Of a stretch of DNA of 64,000 nt, positions 25,303-40,719 are shown in pieces. Below the pieces are notes generated by a model, which worked only from the letters and a program-made list of their open reading frames with translations, was not told the DNA's origin and searched no databases. Every line of letters starts with the position of its first letter. Positions within the stretch are counted from its first letter, which is position 1. The stretch covers positions 61,138-125,137 of the forward strand of contig NIVC01001699.1 in assembly GCA_002269645.1 (NCBI GenBank), given 5' to 3'. The translations under genes were made by a program, and so were the position numbers. This DNA comes from Macrostomum lignano. Its lineage: Eukaryota.

Positions 25303-25535
25303 TCAAGCTCTGCATTGGTACATGGCCTTCAGCAGTGCCACGTCTCCCTGGCTCATTCGCTCCCGCTGTCCAACTTCGACTCCGTCTGGCAGCCTGCCTG
25401 GCAGCGGTTCAATGGTGTTCTGGCCGTTGCTGCTGAATGCAGACAACGAATAGTGCATCTGCGAGCCGAAGTCGTACGGCTGGTTGAAGGTGTCGTAATA
25501 GCGGGAGCTCTCCTTCACGAAGTTCAGGAAATATT
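25303..25535 (-). CDS. Astacin (M12A) metalloprotease, exon 7 (stop)
   Basis: YFLNFVKESSRYYDTFNQPYDFGSQMHYS (SxMHY Met-turn)...GQRERMSQGDVALLKAMYQCRA*; ccaacag acceptor, phase 1. Confidence 0.93.
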
Positions 25536-25549
25536 CTGTTGGCAGTGGC

Positions 25550-26560
25550 AGTGTGAGCTCATGTTCACATTGTCTCTCATGGTCTGTGTGAGTTCATGTT
25601 CATATTGTCTCTCATGGTCTGTGTGAGTTCATGTTCATATTGTCTCTCATGGTCTGTGTGAGTTCATGTTCATATTGTCTCTCATGGTCTGTGTGAGTTC
25701 ATGTTCATATTGTCTCTCATGGTCTGTGTGAGTTCATGTTCATATTGTCTCTCTTGGTCTGTGTGAGTTCATGTTCATATTGTCTCTCATGGTCTGTGTG
25801 AATTCATGTTCATATTGTCTCTATCGTGGTCTGTGTGAGTTCATGTTCATATTGTCTCTCATGGTCTGTGTGAGTTCATGTTCATATTGTCTATCATGTT
25901 CTGTGTGAGTTCATGTTCATATTGTCTCTCATGGTCTGTGTGAGTTCATGTTCATATTGTCTCTATGCTCTGTGTGAGTTCATGTTCATATTGTCTATCA
26001 TGTTCTGTGTGAGTTCATGTTCATATTGTCTCTCATGGTCTGTGTGAGTTCATGTTCATATTGTCTCTCATGGTCTGTGTGAGTTCATGTTCATATTGTC
26101 TCTCTTGGTCTGTGTGAGTTCATGTTCATATTGTCTCTCATGGTCTGTGTGAATTCATGTTCATATTGTCTCTATCGTGGTCTGTGTGAGTTCATGTTCA
26201 TATTGTCTCTCATGGTCTGTGTGAGTTCATGTTCATATTGTCTATCATGTTCTGTGTGAGTTCATGTTCATATTGTCTATCATGTTCTGTGTGAGTTCAT
26301 GTTCAAATTGTCTCTCATGGTCTGTGTGAATTCATGTTCATATTGTCTCTATCGTGGTCTGTGTGAGTTCATGTCCATATTGTCTCTATCATGGTCTGTG
26401 TGAGTTCATGTTCATATTGTCTCTATCATGGTCTGTGTGAATTCATGTCCATATTGTCTCTATCATGGTCTGCGGGAGTTCATGTCCATATTGTCTCTAT
26501 CATGGTCTGTGTGAGTTCATGTTCATCATGTCATGTCTATCGTGGTCTGAGATCTCTTAG
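25550..26560. repeat. ~35-bp minisatellite (gtgtgagttcatgttcatattgtctctcatggtct) filling astacin intron 6
   Basis: Read directly. Confidence 0.96.
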
Positions 26561-26659
26561 CTCGCATTCATCTTGTGAGATCATGGTGTGAGAGCTGCTC
26601 GGGGTCGCTATCTATTGAATAAGTTTGAAGTCAGAACTGATCTGCAAGGCCGCGCTCAC

Positions 26660-26731
26660 CCGGAATAACATTGTCGAACTGGATCTTCACGTACTGGTCC
26701 CTGTCCGGGCGGCTCTGTTGATGCTCCACGC
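26660..26731 (-). CDS. Astacin exon 6
   Basis: GVEHQQSRPDRDQYVKIQFDNVIP; ttag acceptor, gtgagc donor. Confidence 0.93.
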
Positions 26732-26816
26732 CTAAATATTTCGGATTGCTGTTGTCTGAATGTACAGCTGTGAGTAGTAAGCAAACAGAATGTACAAGTA
26801 CACGCAGACTGCTCAC

Positions 26817-26920
26817 CTAAGGAATGCTGCAGTTCGTGCATGATGTTGCCCACAGTGCAGCGCTCTGCCAGGTTCATGCTTGTGGACCTGCCGGCCCAGT
26901 AGCCCACTGTTGCCGAACAG
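26817..26920 (-). CDS. Astacin exon 5 (HExxH)
   Basis: CSATVGYWAGRSTSMNLAERCTVGNIMHELQHSL; phases match both neighbours. Confidence 0.94.
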
Positions 26921-26954
26921 CTGCGAATTGGGCACCGTTTAGAGCGGGTGGACT

Positions 26955-27728
26955 TTGCACTTTTATTGTTGCACTTTGTTTAACCATTGTACTTTTATTG
27001 TTTCACTTTGTTTAACCATTGTACTTTTATTGTTGCACTTTGTTTAACCATTGTACTTTTATTGTTGCACTTTGTTTAACCATTGTACTTTTATTGTTGC
27101 ACTTTGTTTAACCATTGCACTTTTATTGTTGCACTTTGTTTAACCATTGTACTTTTATTGTTGCACTTTGTTTAACCATTGTACTTTTATTGTTTCACTT
27201 TGTTTAACCATTGTACTTTTATTGTTGCACTTTGTTTAACCATTGTACTTTTATTGTTGCACTTTGTTTAACCATTGTACTTTTATTGTTGCACTTTGTT
27301 TAACCATTGCACTTTTATTGTTGCACTTTGTTTAACCATTGTACTTTTATTGTTGCACTTTGTTTAACCATTGTACTTTTATTGTTGCACTTTGTTTAAC
27401 CATTGCACTTTTATTGTTGCACTTTGTTTAACCATTGTACTTTTATTGTTGCACTTTGTTTAACCATTGTACTTTTATTGTTGCACTTTGTTTAACCATT
27501 GTACTTTTATTGTTGCACTTTGTTTAACCATTGCACTTTTATTATTGCACTTTGTTTAACCATTGTACTTTTATTGTTGCACTTTGTTTAACCATTGTAC
27601 TTTTATTGTTGCACTTTGTTTAACCATTGCACTTTTATTATTGCACTTTGTTTAACCATTGTACTTTTATTGTTGCACTTTGTTTAACCATTGTACTTTT
27701 ATTGTTGCACTTTGTTTAACCATTGTAC
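26955..27728. repeat. 32-bp minisatellite (ttgcactttgtttaaccattgtacttttattg) in astacin intron 4
   Basis: Read directly. Confidence 0.97.
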
Positions 27729-27799
27729 TGACTGATTTAAAGTTAAGCAGTGCGAAAATGGTGACTTGAATTGAGTTTGAATTATTACCTCATTATTAC

Positions 27800-28390
27800 G
27801 GCTACCGGACATTTCCCCTCCGGCGTTTCCCCTCCGGACATTTCCCCTCCGGAAATTTCCCATCCAGCTATAACGAAATAACAGAGCTTTTTTAGAACAT
27901 GCCAAAAAGAAGTTTTGCACGCATGTACGTCACATCCATGTAGTTATGCTGTTAGATCGCTTTTATTTTAAAAATTATGTAAGTAAAAAGTGAGAGTAGA
28001 TGGTTTTATTATATTTTATTATAGGTTTTGTTATAATAAAATTATAATATAATATATTATTATTGTCTTTATTATTAATATATAAAAAATTTTTATATAA
28101 TATTATTATTAAATTATTATATTATTTTGTATATTATTATTTTTATTATTATTATACTATAATATTATACTATTACTATATTATTACATTTATATATACA
28201 CTTATATACATTTATATATATACATGCAACTTATGTTCTCTTTGGACATGTCCGAAGGCACTGTTATTTCGTTATAGATGAAGGGGAAATGTCCGGAGGG
28301 GAAATGTCCGGAGGGGAAATGTCCGGAGGGGAAATGTCCGGAGGGGAAATGTCCGGAGGGGAAACGCCGGAGGGGAAATGTCCGTAAGCG
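27800..28390. mobile_element. Mutator-like (MULE) MITE with a perfect 9-bp TSD
   Basis: TSD cattattac at 27791-27799 and 28391-28399; TIR ggctaccggacatttcccc vs revcomp cgcttacggacatttcccc; subterminal cggacatttcccctc repeats; AT-rich core. Confidence 0.88.
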
Positions 28391-28448
28391 CATTATTACA
28401 GGTAAGAAGGTAAGATTAGCTAGCAATTAGCATTGCAGATTAGCTCAC

Positions 28449-28578
28449 CCGCTGCCGCTTCGGATGAGAACGAACTCAACGCCGTCCGACGGCTGCCACT
28501 CCCTGAACCGGGCGCAGTTGCCAGTCTCGGCCGACACTCGCGACATCGCCTGTAACACTCTCTGGCGAATCGGGTCCG
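28449..28578 (-). CDS. Astacin exon 4
   Basis: DPIRQRVLQAMSRVSAETGNCARFREWQPSDGVEFVLIRSGSG; caacag / gtgagc. Confidence 0.9.
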
Positions 28579-28744
28579 CTGTTGGGGAATGACGATTCGG
28601 GAAGGGCTTGTTCACCGCGTGTTGCTATGGAGAAGTGGAAGCGATAGCGGTTACGGATAGAGGGAGAGTGAATTTGAATGCGGGAAGGAGGTGAACATGC
28701 TGATTGAAAAGAAAGGTTGAGAAACTGAGGGAGTAAGAGGGAGA

Positions 28745-29705
28745 TGCAATGGGGTGAGAGGAAGTGGAGGTGAGAGGGAGTGGAGGTGAGAGGTAGTGGG
28801 GTGAGAGGGAGTGGAGGTGAGAGGGAGTGGAGGTGAGAGGTAGTGGGGTGAGAGGGAGTGGAGGTGAGAGGGAGTGGGGTGAGAGGAAGTGGAGGTGAGA
28901 GGAAGTGAAGGTGAGAGGTAGTGGGGTGAGAGGGAGTGGGGGTGAGAGAGAGAGTGGAGTGAGAGGGAGTGGGGTGAGAGGGAGTAGGGTGAGAGGAAGT
29001 GGAGGTGAGAGGTAGTGGGGTGAGAGGAAGTGGAGGTGAGAGGGAGTGGAGGTGAGAGGAAGTGGAGGTGAGAGGTAGTGGGGTGAGAGGGAGTGGAGGT
29101 GAGAGGTAGTGGGGTGAGAGGGAGTGGGGTGAGAGGGAGTAGGGTGAGAGAGAGTGGAGTGAGAGGGAGTGGGGTGAGAGGGAGTGGGGGTGAGAGGGAA
29201 TGGGGTGAGAGGAAGTGGGGTGAGAGAGAGTGGGGTGAGAGGGAGTGGGGTGAGAGAGAGTGGGGTGAGAGGAAGTGGAGGTGAGAGGGAGTGGGGTGAG
29301 AGGAAGTGGAGGTGAGAGGAAGTGAAGGTGAGAGGTAGTGGGGTGAGAGGGAGTGGGGTGAGAGAGAGTGGAGTGAGAGGGAGTGGGGTGAGAGGGAGTA
29401 GGGTGAGAGGGAGTGGAGGTGAGAGGTAGTGGGGTGAGAGGAAGTGGAGGTGAGAGGGAGTGGAGGTGAGAGGAAGTGGAGGTGAGAGGAAGTGAAGGTG
29501 AGAGGTAGTGGGGTGAGAGGGAGTGGGGGTGAGAGGGAATGGGGTGAGAGGAAGTGGGGTGAGAGAGAGTGGGGTGAGAGGGAGTGGGGGTGAGAGAGAG
29601 TGGGGTGAGAGGGAGTGGGGTGAGAGGGAGTGGGGGTGAGAGGGAGTGGGGGTGAGAGGGAGTGGGGTGAGAGAGAGTGGGGTGAGAGGGAGTGGGGTGA
29701 GAGGG
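28745..29705. repeat. G-rich purine minisatellite (gagagggagtggggtga-type, 17-18 bp) in astacin intron 3
   Basis: Read directly. Confidence 0.95.
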
Positions 29706-29845
29706 TGAGTGGCGAACGATCAGCGCCGATGATCAGCACTCGCGAGTCAAGTTTTGGTGCATTGCAGATGGGTTTATTTATGGACCCTCATCTGACAGCA
29801 AGTCGGCTATGTCCAATACAGACAGCGAATCGGTTTCGAACTCAC

Positions 29846-29921
29846 GCAAGTCGGGGTCGAATTTGTAGACAACCACGCCTTCCGGCCAGCGATTCGCTGG
29901 ATTCAGTAGGCCAGCAAACGT
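29846..29921 (-). CDS. Astacin exon 3
   Basis: TFAGLLNPANRWPEGVVVYKFDPDL, matching the astacin RWPxGxVxYxF start of the catalytic domain. Confidence 0.87.
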
Positions 29922-30042
29922 CTTCAAGTCATTCGGTGAGGGGGGGGGGCACTGTGCCTTGAAACTGAGGAACTACTGCCTGCTTATGTTGAGCTTGAAT
30001 TTGGTGGATTTGAGGGGTTATTGGGTCTAAAATAGGGAAACT

Positions 30043-32100
<2,058 letters not shown>

Positions 32101-32154
32101 TATTCAAACAGAAATTAATGCGTTTTTATCAGAGCAAAGCGAAACCAATCTTAC

Positions 32155-32232
32155 CCCAGGAATTGGTTCCATTATGTCGCCTTGAAAATATTCGCCGTAC
32201 TCTGCCGCTGCTTCATCCGCTGTTGAAGCTGG
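32155..32232 (-). CDS. Astacin exon 2 (propeptide)
   Basis: PASTADEAAAEYGEYFQGDIMEPIPG contains the F(E/Q)GDI aspartate-switch motif; cacag / gtaag. Confidence 0.87.
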
Positions 32233-32397
32233 CTGTGAATGGCGCGTAGGGGAAAAGTTAAGTCTGAAAATTTTCTCTTGTAAGACTGAAATCTCAGCAT
32301 GTGTTTAGGGGATTTCTGTGACAGGAAATCTCACTGAAACGGGCAAAGTCTGTTTAAACGTGGCAGAAAGTTAACAGTATTTCTCGGCCAGTCTCAC

Positions 32398-32451
32398 CAG
32401 GCCGGACACACCGCACAAAAGGACGTGAGCAGCAGCGCAGACAACCAGCAT
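32398..32451 (-). CDS. Astacin exon 1 (signal peptide)
   Basis: MLVVCAAAHVLLCGVSGL|gtgag, phase 0. Joined CDS is 747 nt, 248 aa. Confidence 0.72.
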
Positions 32452-32777
32452 TAGCGCTCCAGTTGAACAGCTGAGCATAGCTGCTGTCTGTCGTCAGTCT
32501 AATATGCAGGAGAAAAGTTAAACGCTTTCTGTTTCAAAAGTATTGCATGCTTGTCTCAGCTCATAGCAAATCACTGCATATATGATTTACCAGGAGTCGA
32601 TCAGACCGTATTGCTTGCGCGTGAGAACTCGACACGAGGCGTTTCGGCGGGGAAAGAATTTTCTTATCAATAGCCTGCCTGGTGTCGAATTATTGAGCTA
32701 TTTCAGCTCGCAGGACCGCTGTATTCCGCAAGCTATAAATAGTTTTGTTCGAAAATATGCATTGGGTTATAAATTGA

Positions 32778-35700
32778 GTGTTCTGTCATCTGCTGGCATC
32801 TAACTGTCATTTCTGTCATCTGCTGGCATCTAACTGCCATTTCTGTCATCTGCTGGCATCTAACTGTCATTTCTGTCATCTGCTGGCATCTAACTGCCAT
32901 TTCTGTCATCTGCTGGCATCTAACTGCCATTTCTGTCATCTGCTGGCATCTAACTGCCATTTCTGTCATCTGCTGGCATCTAACTGCCATTTCTGTCATC
33001 TGCTGGCATCTAACTGCCATTTCTGTCATCTGCTGGCATCTAACTGCCATTTCTGTCATCTTCTGGCATCTAACCGCCATTTCTGTCTTCTTCTGACATC
33101 TAACCACCATTTCTGTCATCTACTAGCATCTAACCGCCATTTCTGTCATCTGCTGGCATCTAACTGCCATTTCTGTCACCTTCTGGCATTTAACTGCCAT
33201 TTCTGTCATCTACTGGCATCTAACTGCCATTTCTGTCATCTGCTGGCATCTAACTGCCATTTCTGTCATCTTCTGGCATCTAACCGCCATTTCTGTTATC
33301 TACTAGCATCTAACTGCCATTTCTGTCATCTACAGGCATCTAACTGCCATTTCTGTCATCTGCTGGCATCTAACTGCCATTTCTGTCATCTGCTGGCATC
33401 TAACTGCCATTTCTGTCATCTGCTGGCATCTAACTGCCATTTCTGTCATCTGCTGGCATGTATCTGCCACTTCTGTCATCTGCTGGCATCTAACTGCCAT
33501 TTCTGTCATCTTCTGGCATCTAACCGCCATTTCTGTCTTCTTCTGACATCTAACCACCATTTCTGTCATCTACTAGCATCTAACCGCCATTTCTGTCATC
33601 TGCTGGCATCTAACTGCCATTTCTGTCACCTTCTGGCATTTAACTGCCATTTCTGTCATCTACTGGCATCTAACTGCCATTTCTGTCATCTGCTGGCATC
33701 TAACTGCCATTTCTGTCATCTTCTGGCATCTAACCGCCATTTCTGTTATCTACTAGCATCTAACTGCCATTTCTGTCATCTACAGGCATCTAACTGCCAT
33801 TTCTGTCATCTGCTGGCATCTAACTGCCATTTCTGTCATCTGCTGGCATCTAACTGCCATTTCTGTCATCTGCTGGCATCTAACTGCTATTTCTGTCATC
33901 TGCTGGCATCTAACTGCCATTTCTGTCATCTGCTGGCATCTAACTGCCATTTCTGTCATCTTCTGGCATCTAACCGCCATTTCTGTCTTCTTCTGACATC
34001 TAACCACCATTTCTGTCATCTACTAGCATCTAACCGCCATTTCTGTCATCTGCTGGCATCTAACTGCCATTTCTGTCACCTTCTGGCATTTAACTGCCAT
34101 TTCTGTCATCTACTGGCATCTAACTGCCATTTCTGTCATCTGCTGGCATCTAACTGCCATTTCTGTCATCTTCTGGCATCTAACCGCCATTTCTGTTATC
34201 TACTAGCATCTAACTGCCATTTCTGTCATCTACTAGCATCTAACTGCCATTTCTGTCATCTGCTGGCATCTAACTGCCATTTCTGTCATCTGCTGGCATC
34301 TAACTGCCATTTCTGTCATCTGCTGGCATCTAACTGCCATTTCTGTCATCTGCTGGCATCTAACTGCCATTTCTGTCATCTGCTGGCATGTATCTGCCAT
34401 TTCTGTCATCTACAGGCATCTAACTGCCATTTCTGTCATCTACTAGCATCTAACTGCCATTTCTGTCATCTACAGTCATCTAACTGCCATTTCTGTCATC
34501 TGCTGGCATCTAACTGCCATTTCTGTCATCTACAGGCATCTAACTGCCATTTCTGTCATCTACTAGCATCTAACTGCCATTTCTGTCATCTACAGTCATC
34601 TAACTGCCATTTCTGTCATCTGCTGGCATCTAACTGCCATTTCTGTCATCTGCTGGCATCTAACCGCCATTTCTGTTATCTACTAGCATCTAACTGCCAT
34701 TTCTGTCATCTGCTGGCATCTAACTGCCATTTCTGTCATCTGCTGGCATCTAACTGCCATTTCTGTCATCTACAGGCATCTAACTGCCATTTCTGTCATC
34801 TACTAGCATCTAACTGCCATTTCTGTCATCTGCTGGCATCTAACTGCCATTTCTGTCATCTGCTGGCATCTAACTGCCATTTCTGTCATCTACAGGCATC
34901 TAACTGCCATTTCTGTCATCTACTAGCATCTAACTGCCATTTCTGTCATCTGCTGGCATCTAACTGCCATTTCTGTCATCTGCTGGCATCTAACTGCCAT
35001 TTCTGTCATCTGCTGGCATCTAACTGCCATTTCTGTCATCTACTAGCATCTAACTGCCATTTCTGTCATCTACTAGCATCTAACTGCCATTTCTGTCATC
35101 TACAGTCATCTAACTGCCATTTCTGTCATCTGCTGGCATCTAACTGCCGTTTCTGTCATCTTCTGGCATCTAACTGCCATTTCTGTCATCTACTGGCATC
35201 TAACTGCCATTTCTGTCATCTTCTGGAATCTAACCGCCACTTCTGTCATCTGCTGGCATCCAACTGCCATTTCTGTCATCTACTAGCATCTAACTGCCAT
35301 TTCTGTCATCTGCTAGCATCTAACTGCCATTTCTGTCATCTGCTGGCATCTAACTGCCATTTCTGTCATCTTCTGGCATCTAACCGCCATTTCTGTCTTC
35401 TTCTGACATCTAACCACCATTTCTGTCATCTACTAGCATCTAACCGCCATTTCTGTCATCTGCTGGCATCTAACTGCCATTTCTGTCATCTTCTGGCATC
35501 TAACCGCCATTTCTGTCATCTACTAGCATCTAACTGCCATTTCTGTCATCTACAGGCATCTAACTGCCATTTCTGTCATCTACTAGCATCTAACTGCCAT
35601 TTCTGTCATCTACAGGCATCTATCTGCCACTTCTGACATCTGCTGGCATCTAACTGCCATTTCTGTCATCTACTAGCATCTAACTGCCATTTCTGTCATC

Positions 35701-38390
35701 TGCTGGCATCTAACTGCCATTTCTGTCATCTGCTGGCATGTATGTGCCATTTCTGTCATCTGCTGGCATCTAACTGCCATTTCTGTCATCTACAGGCATC
35801 TAACTGCCATTTCTGTCATCTACTAGCATCTAACTGCCATTTCTGTCATCTGCTGGCATCTAACTGCCATTTCTGTCATCTGCTGGCATCTAACTGCCAT
35901 TTCTGTCATCTGCTGGCATCTAACTGCCATTTCTGTCATCTGCTGACATGTATCTGCCATTTCTGTCATCTACTAGCATCTAACTGCCATTTCTGTCATC
36001 TACTAGCATCTAACTGCCATTTCTGTCATCTACAGTCATCTAACTGCCATTTCTGTCATCTGCTGGCATCTAACTGCCGTTTCTGTCATCTTCTGGCATC
36101 TAACTGCCATTTCTGTCATCTACTGGCATCTAACTGCCATTTCTGTCATCTTCTGGCATCTAACCGCCACTTCTGTCATCTGCTGGCATCCAACTGCCAT
36201 TTCTGTCATCTACTAGCATCTAACTGCCATTTCTGTCATCTGCTAACATCTAACTGCCATTTCTGTCATCTGCTGGCATCTAACTGCCATTTCTGTCATC
36301 TACTAGCATCTAACTGCCATTTCTGTCATCTACTAGCATCTAACTGCCATTTCTGTCATCTGCTGGCATGTATGTGCCATTTCTGTCATCTGCTGGCATG
36401 TATCTGCCACTTCTGTCATCTGCTGGCATCTAACTGCCATTTCTGTCATCTACAGGCATCTAACTGCCATTTCTGTCATCTGCTGGCATTTAACTACCAT
36501 TTCTGTCATCTACTAGCATCTAACTGCCATTTCTGTCATCTACTACAGTCATCTAACTGCCATTTCTGTCACCTTCTGGCATTTAACTGCCATTTCTGTC
36601 ATCTACTGGCATCTAACTGCCATTTCTGTCATCTGCTGGCATCTAACTGCCATTTCTGTCATCTTCTGGCATCTAACCGCCATTTCTGTTATCTACTAGC
36701 ATCTAACTGCCATTTCTGTCATCTGCTAGCATCTAACTGCCATTTCTGTCATCTGCTGGCATCTAACTGCCATTTCTGTCATCTACTAGCATCTAACTGC
36801 CATTTCTGTCATCTACTAGCATCTAACTGCCATTTCTGTCATCTGCTGGCATGTATGTGCCATTTCTGTCATCTGCTGGCATGTATCTGCCACTTCTGTC
36901 ATCTGCTGGCATCTAACTGCCATTTCTGTCATCTGCTGGCATCTAACTGCCATTTCTGTCATCTACAGGCTTCTAACTGCCATTTCTGTCATCTGCTGGC
37001 ATCTAACTACCATTTCTGTCATCTACTAGCATCTAACTGCCATTTCTGTTATCTACTGGCATCTAACTGCCATTTCTGTTATCTACTGGCATCTAACTGC
37101 CATTTCTGTCATCTGCTGGCATCTAACTGCCATTTCTGTCATCTACTAGCATCTAACTGCCATTTCTGTCATCTTCTGGCATCTAACCGCCATTTCTGTC
37201 ATCTACTAGCATCTAACTGCCATTTCTGTCATCTACTAGCATCTAACTGCCATTTCTGTCATCTACAGGCATCTATCTGCCACTTCTGACATCTGCTGGC
37301 ATCTAACTGCCATTTCTGTCATCTACTAGCATCTAACTGCCATTTCTGTCATCTGCTGGCATCTAACTGCCATTTCTGTCATCTGCTGGCATGTATGTGC
37401 CATTTCTGTCATCTGCTGGCATCTAACTGCCATTTCTGTCATCTACTAGCATCTAACTGCCATTTCTGTCATCTACTAGCATCTAACTGCCATTTCTGTC
37501 ATCTGCTGGCATGTATGTGCCATTTCTGTCATCTGCTGGCATGTATCTGCCACTTCTGTCATCTGCTGGCATCTAACTGCCATTTCTGTCATCTGCTGGC
37601 ATCTAACTGCCATTTCTGTCATCTACAGGCTTCTAACTGCCATTTCTGTCATCTGCTGGCATCTAACTACCATTTCTGTCATCTACTAGCATCTAACTGC
37701 CATTTCTGTTATCTACTGGCATCTAACTGCCATTTCTGTTATCTACTGGCATCTAACTGCCATTTCTGTCATCTGCTGGCATCTAACTGCCATTTCTGTC
37801 ATCTACTAGCATCTAACTGCCATTTCTGTCATCTTCTGGCATCTAACCGCCATTTCTGTCATCTACTAGCATCTAACTGCCATTTCTGTCATCTACTAGC
37901 ATCTAACTGCCATTTCTGTCATCTACAGGCATCTATCTGCCACTTCTGACATCTGCTGGCATCTAACTGCCATTTCTGTCATCTACTAGCATCTAACTGC
38001 CATTTCTGTCATCTGCTGGCATCTAACTGCCATTTCTGTCATCTGCTGGCATGTATGTGCCATTTCTGTCATCTGCTGGCATCTAACTGCCATTTCTGTC
38101 ATCTACAGGCATCTAACTGCCATTTCTGTCATCTACTAGCATCTAACTGCCATTTCTGTCATCTGCTGGCATCTAACTGCCATTTCTGTCATCTGCTGGC
38201 ATCTAACTGCCATTTCTGTCATCTACTAGCATCTAACTGCCATTTCTGTCATCTACTAGCATCTAACTGCCATTGCTGTCATCTGCTGGCATCTAACCGC
38301 CACTTCTGTCATCTACTGGCATCTAACTGCCATTTCTGTCATCTACTGGCATCTATCTGCCACTTCTGTCATCTACTGGCATCTAGCTAA
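32778..38390. repeat. 5.6-kb satellite of a 30-bp unit (ttctgtcatctgctggcatctaactgccat) with higher-order repeats
   Basis: About 187 units; variant patterns recur at 450-bp and 660-bp spacing. Confidence 0.98.
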
Positions 38391-39319
38391 GTAATTGGCA
38401 GTTCTGTCGTGTTACTGACAGCACACTATCAGCATAGTAAAGCATACCATCAGTTAAATGCTATGCCACTATCTGATCGCCAGCCTGCTTCGTGGAACTC
38501 TCAACTCTCCCACCAACAAAACAGAATTAAAATCGATCCCTCAAAGGCCGCAATTTCCCAGGCAGCCTGTAATTGCGGGGCGGATCGGCAGAGCCAAGGC
38601 CAGCTGCGGGAGTTCCGCACGGATGAGGCGGAGGAGGAAATAAAAGAAATGCCCCCGCCAGTCTGAATGCCCGGAAGCTGTTGGGAAATGCCTCGCTTGT
38701 CTGCCGTCTCCGGCTTCCAAACCCATACCGCCTTTTATGTTATCCATAACAGCTGAGCTTTCGCTTTCCCAGCCGAGATAAAAGCAGCGGGGTCTGGGGA
38801 GCAAAACTGGAAGGAAATTGAGCAGGAGTTGAAGGATGAGAAGTTCTGGGATTTAGACTAGTGAAGGAGGAAGGGAGCATGCGGCTGGGAGGGGAGGAGA
38901 GAGAGGAAGTAAGAAGCAAATTCCAAAGAAGCTATACTAGTACCCCGGGCATGCCCCTTGCCCCAGGACCCGGGTGGAAGTGCATGCTGCATATTCGGCC
39001 AGCTCTTGGGGTCCGCGCCGCCTCCCTCACTGCCGCCATGGATGAGTCCGCGGGCCCGGCGTCTGGGCAATTAAAGCAGAGTGGAGCAGCGGGGATCAAT
39101 CACTCAGGGGAGCCGGCTAGGCGTGATTAAAACCACCGACCCCCCTGCGCCCCGACGCTGCCCCTTGCCCAGCCCCGCTGACCCGTCTCCGCTTCTCCCC
39201 TCCGCCTCCCCGTCCTCCTTGGTAACTCGGTAGTGACTGGGGAGCAGCGCCGCCGAGCTCAGTAGTACTGCCTCTGCCGCCTCTCAGCGATCCCCGAGAG
39301 CAGGCTGCCGAGTGACCCA

Positions 39320-39920
39320 CTCTCTCCCTCTCTCCCTGTATCCCTCTCTCCCTCTCTCCCTCTCTTCCTGTATCCCTCTCTCCCTGTATCCCTCTCTCCC
39401 TGTATCCCTCTCTCCCTCTCTCCCTCTCTCCCTGTATCCCTCTCTCCCTGTATCCCTCTCTCCCTGTATCCCTCTCTCCCTGTATCCCTCTCTCCCTGTA
39501 TCCCTCTCTCCCTCTCTCCCTCTCTCCCTCTCTCCTTCTCTCCCTCTCTCCCTCTCTCCCTCTCTCCCTCTCTCCCTCTCTCCCTCTCTCCCTCTCTCCC
39601 TCTCTCCTTCTCTCCCTCTCTCTCACACTCTCTCTCCCCCTTTCTCTCTCACTCTCTCTCCCCCTTTCTCCCTCCCTCTCTCTCCCCCTCTCTCTCTCAC
39701 ACACTCTCTCTTCCTCCCCCCTCTCTCTCTCACTCACCCTCCCTCTCCCCTCTCTCTCCCCTCCCCTCTCTCTTTCTCTCTCACACTCTCTCTCCCTACC
39801 TCTCTCACACACTCACTCTCCCCTCTCTCTCCCCTCTCTCTCCCCTCCTCTCTCCCACTCTCTCTCACTTCTCTCTCATACACACACAATCTCTCTTTCT
39901 CTTTCTCATTCTCTTTTAGC
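39320..39920. repeat. CT-rich low-complexity tract
   Basis: ccctctctc / ccctgtatc units; a (CA)n tract follows at ~40088-40142. Confidence 0.93.
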
Positions 39921-40719
39921 CTGAGGAGGAGCCCAAAAGCTTGAATCCTGTTGCCAATTCAACCGGTCGCCGTAACCTCTCCTATCTTTTTCTCACACAC
40001 TCTCACACTCGCTTCTCTGAGCTGCAGTAGACATGAGTCGGCTATCACGCTTCTGATTGAAGGCTCTGCTGTTTGTCATCGAAGGAGCACACACGCACAC
40101 ACACACACACACACACGCACACACACACACGCACACACACACCATTTTGCTGACTGCAGCGAGTGCTCCTGGAATATATAAATAATCAGGCATTTCCCCC
40201 TTCCCCACGGCTCTGATGAGGTTTCACGCGAGTGGAGCCCTGCAGCCTCCCGGTCCCCAAAACTTCGGCTGCCAGCCGTTCAGCCCGAGCTGCGTGACAG
40301 GTCGCGACAAAAAGTTGAGCACATGAGTTTTTAATCGAATTTCCAGCTGTAAACTTCAGAATTTCGTAACCAAAATTCAATTGAAAACCATGTGAGTGCG
40401 GAAAATCCCGAGACCTTTGGATAGCAACTGGGATTGAGAACTTGGGTGAAGTTTGGTTGAATTTAAACTCAGAACGGTCTCAGTGACCGCCAACAGTGCT
40501 TTATTCAATTCCCTGAGGCCCATTCAAAGTTGATGCAGCAGGCGTCTTCTTTGACAATAAAATAAAGTCTCCATTTCAAATCCAGTACGATGGCCAACGT
40601 TGCCTTCTCCATCAGAGGGGGATCCAGGAGACAAAACTTTTAAGGGGCCACCACAAATCATTTGCATTTTAGCGAGCTGCTAGAGATGTCTTTTATTCAG
40701 TACAGTTTAGCTATATTTA

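Noticed and set aside
32778-38390. 952, 515, 184 and 111 aa Cys/His-rich ORFs as genes
   Set aside because: Pure translation of a 30-bp satellite with non-ATG starts in most cases, and no unique domains or splice structure. Kept only as a low-interest finding.
40210-40245. CTGATGAG followed by a hairpin
   Set aside because: No GAAA after the hairpin, so not a hammerhead.
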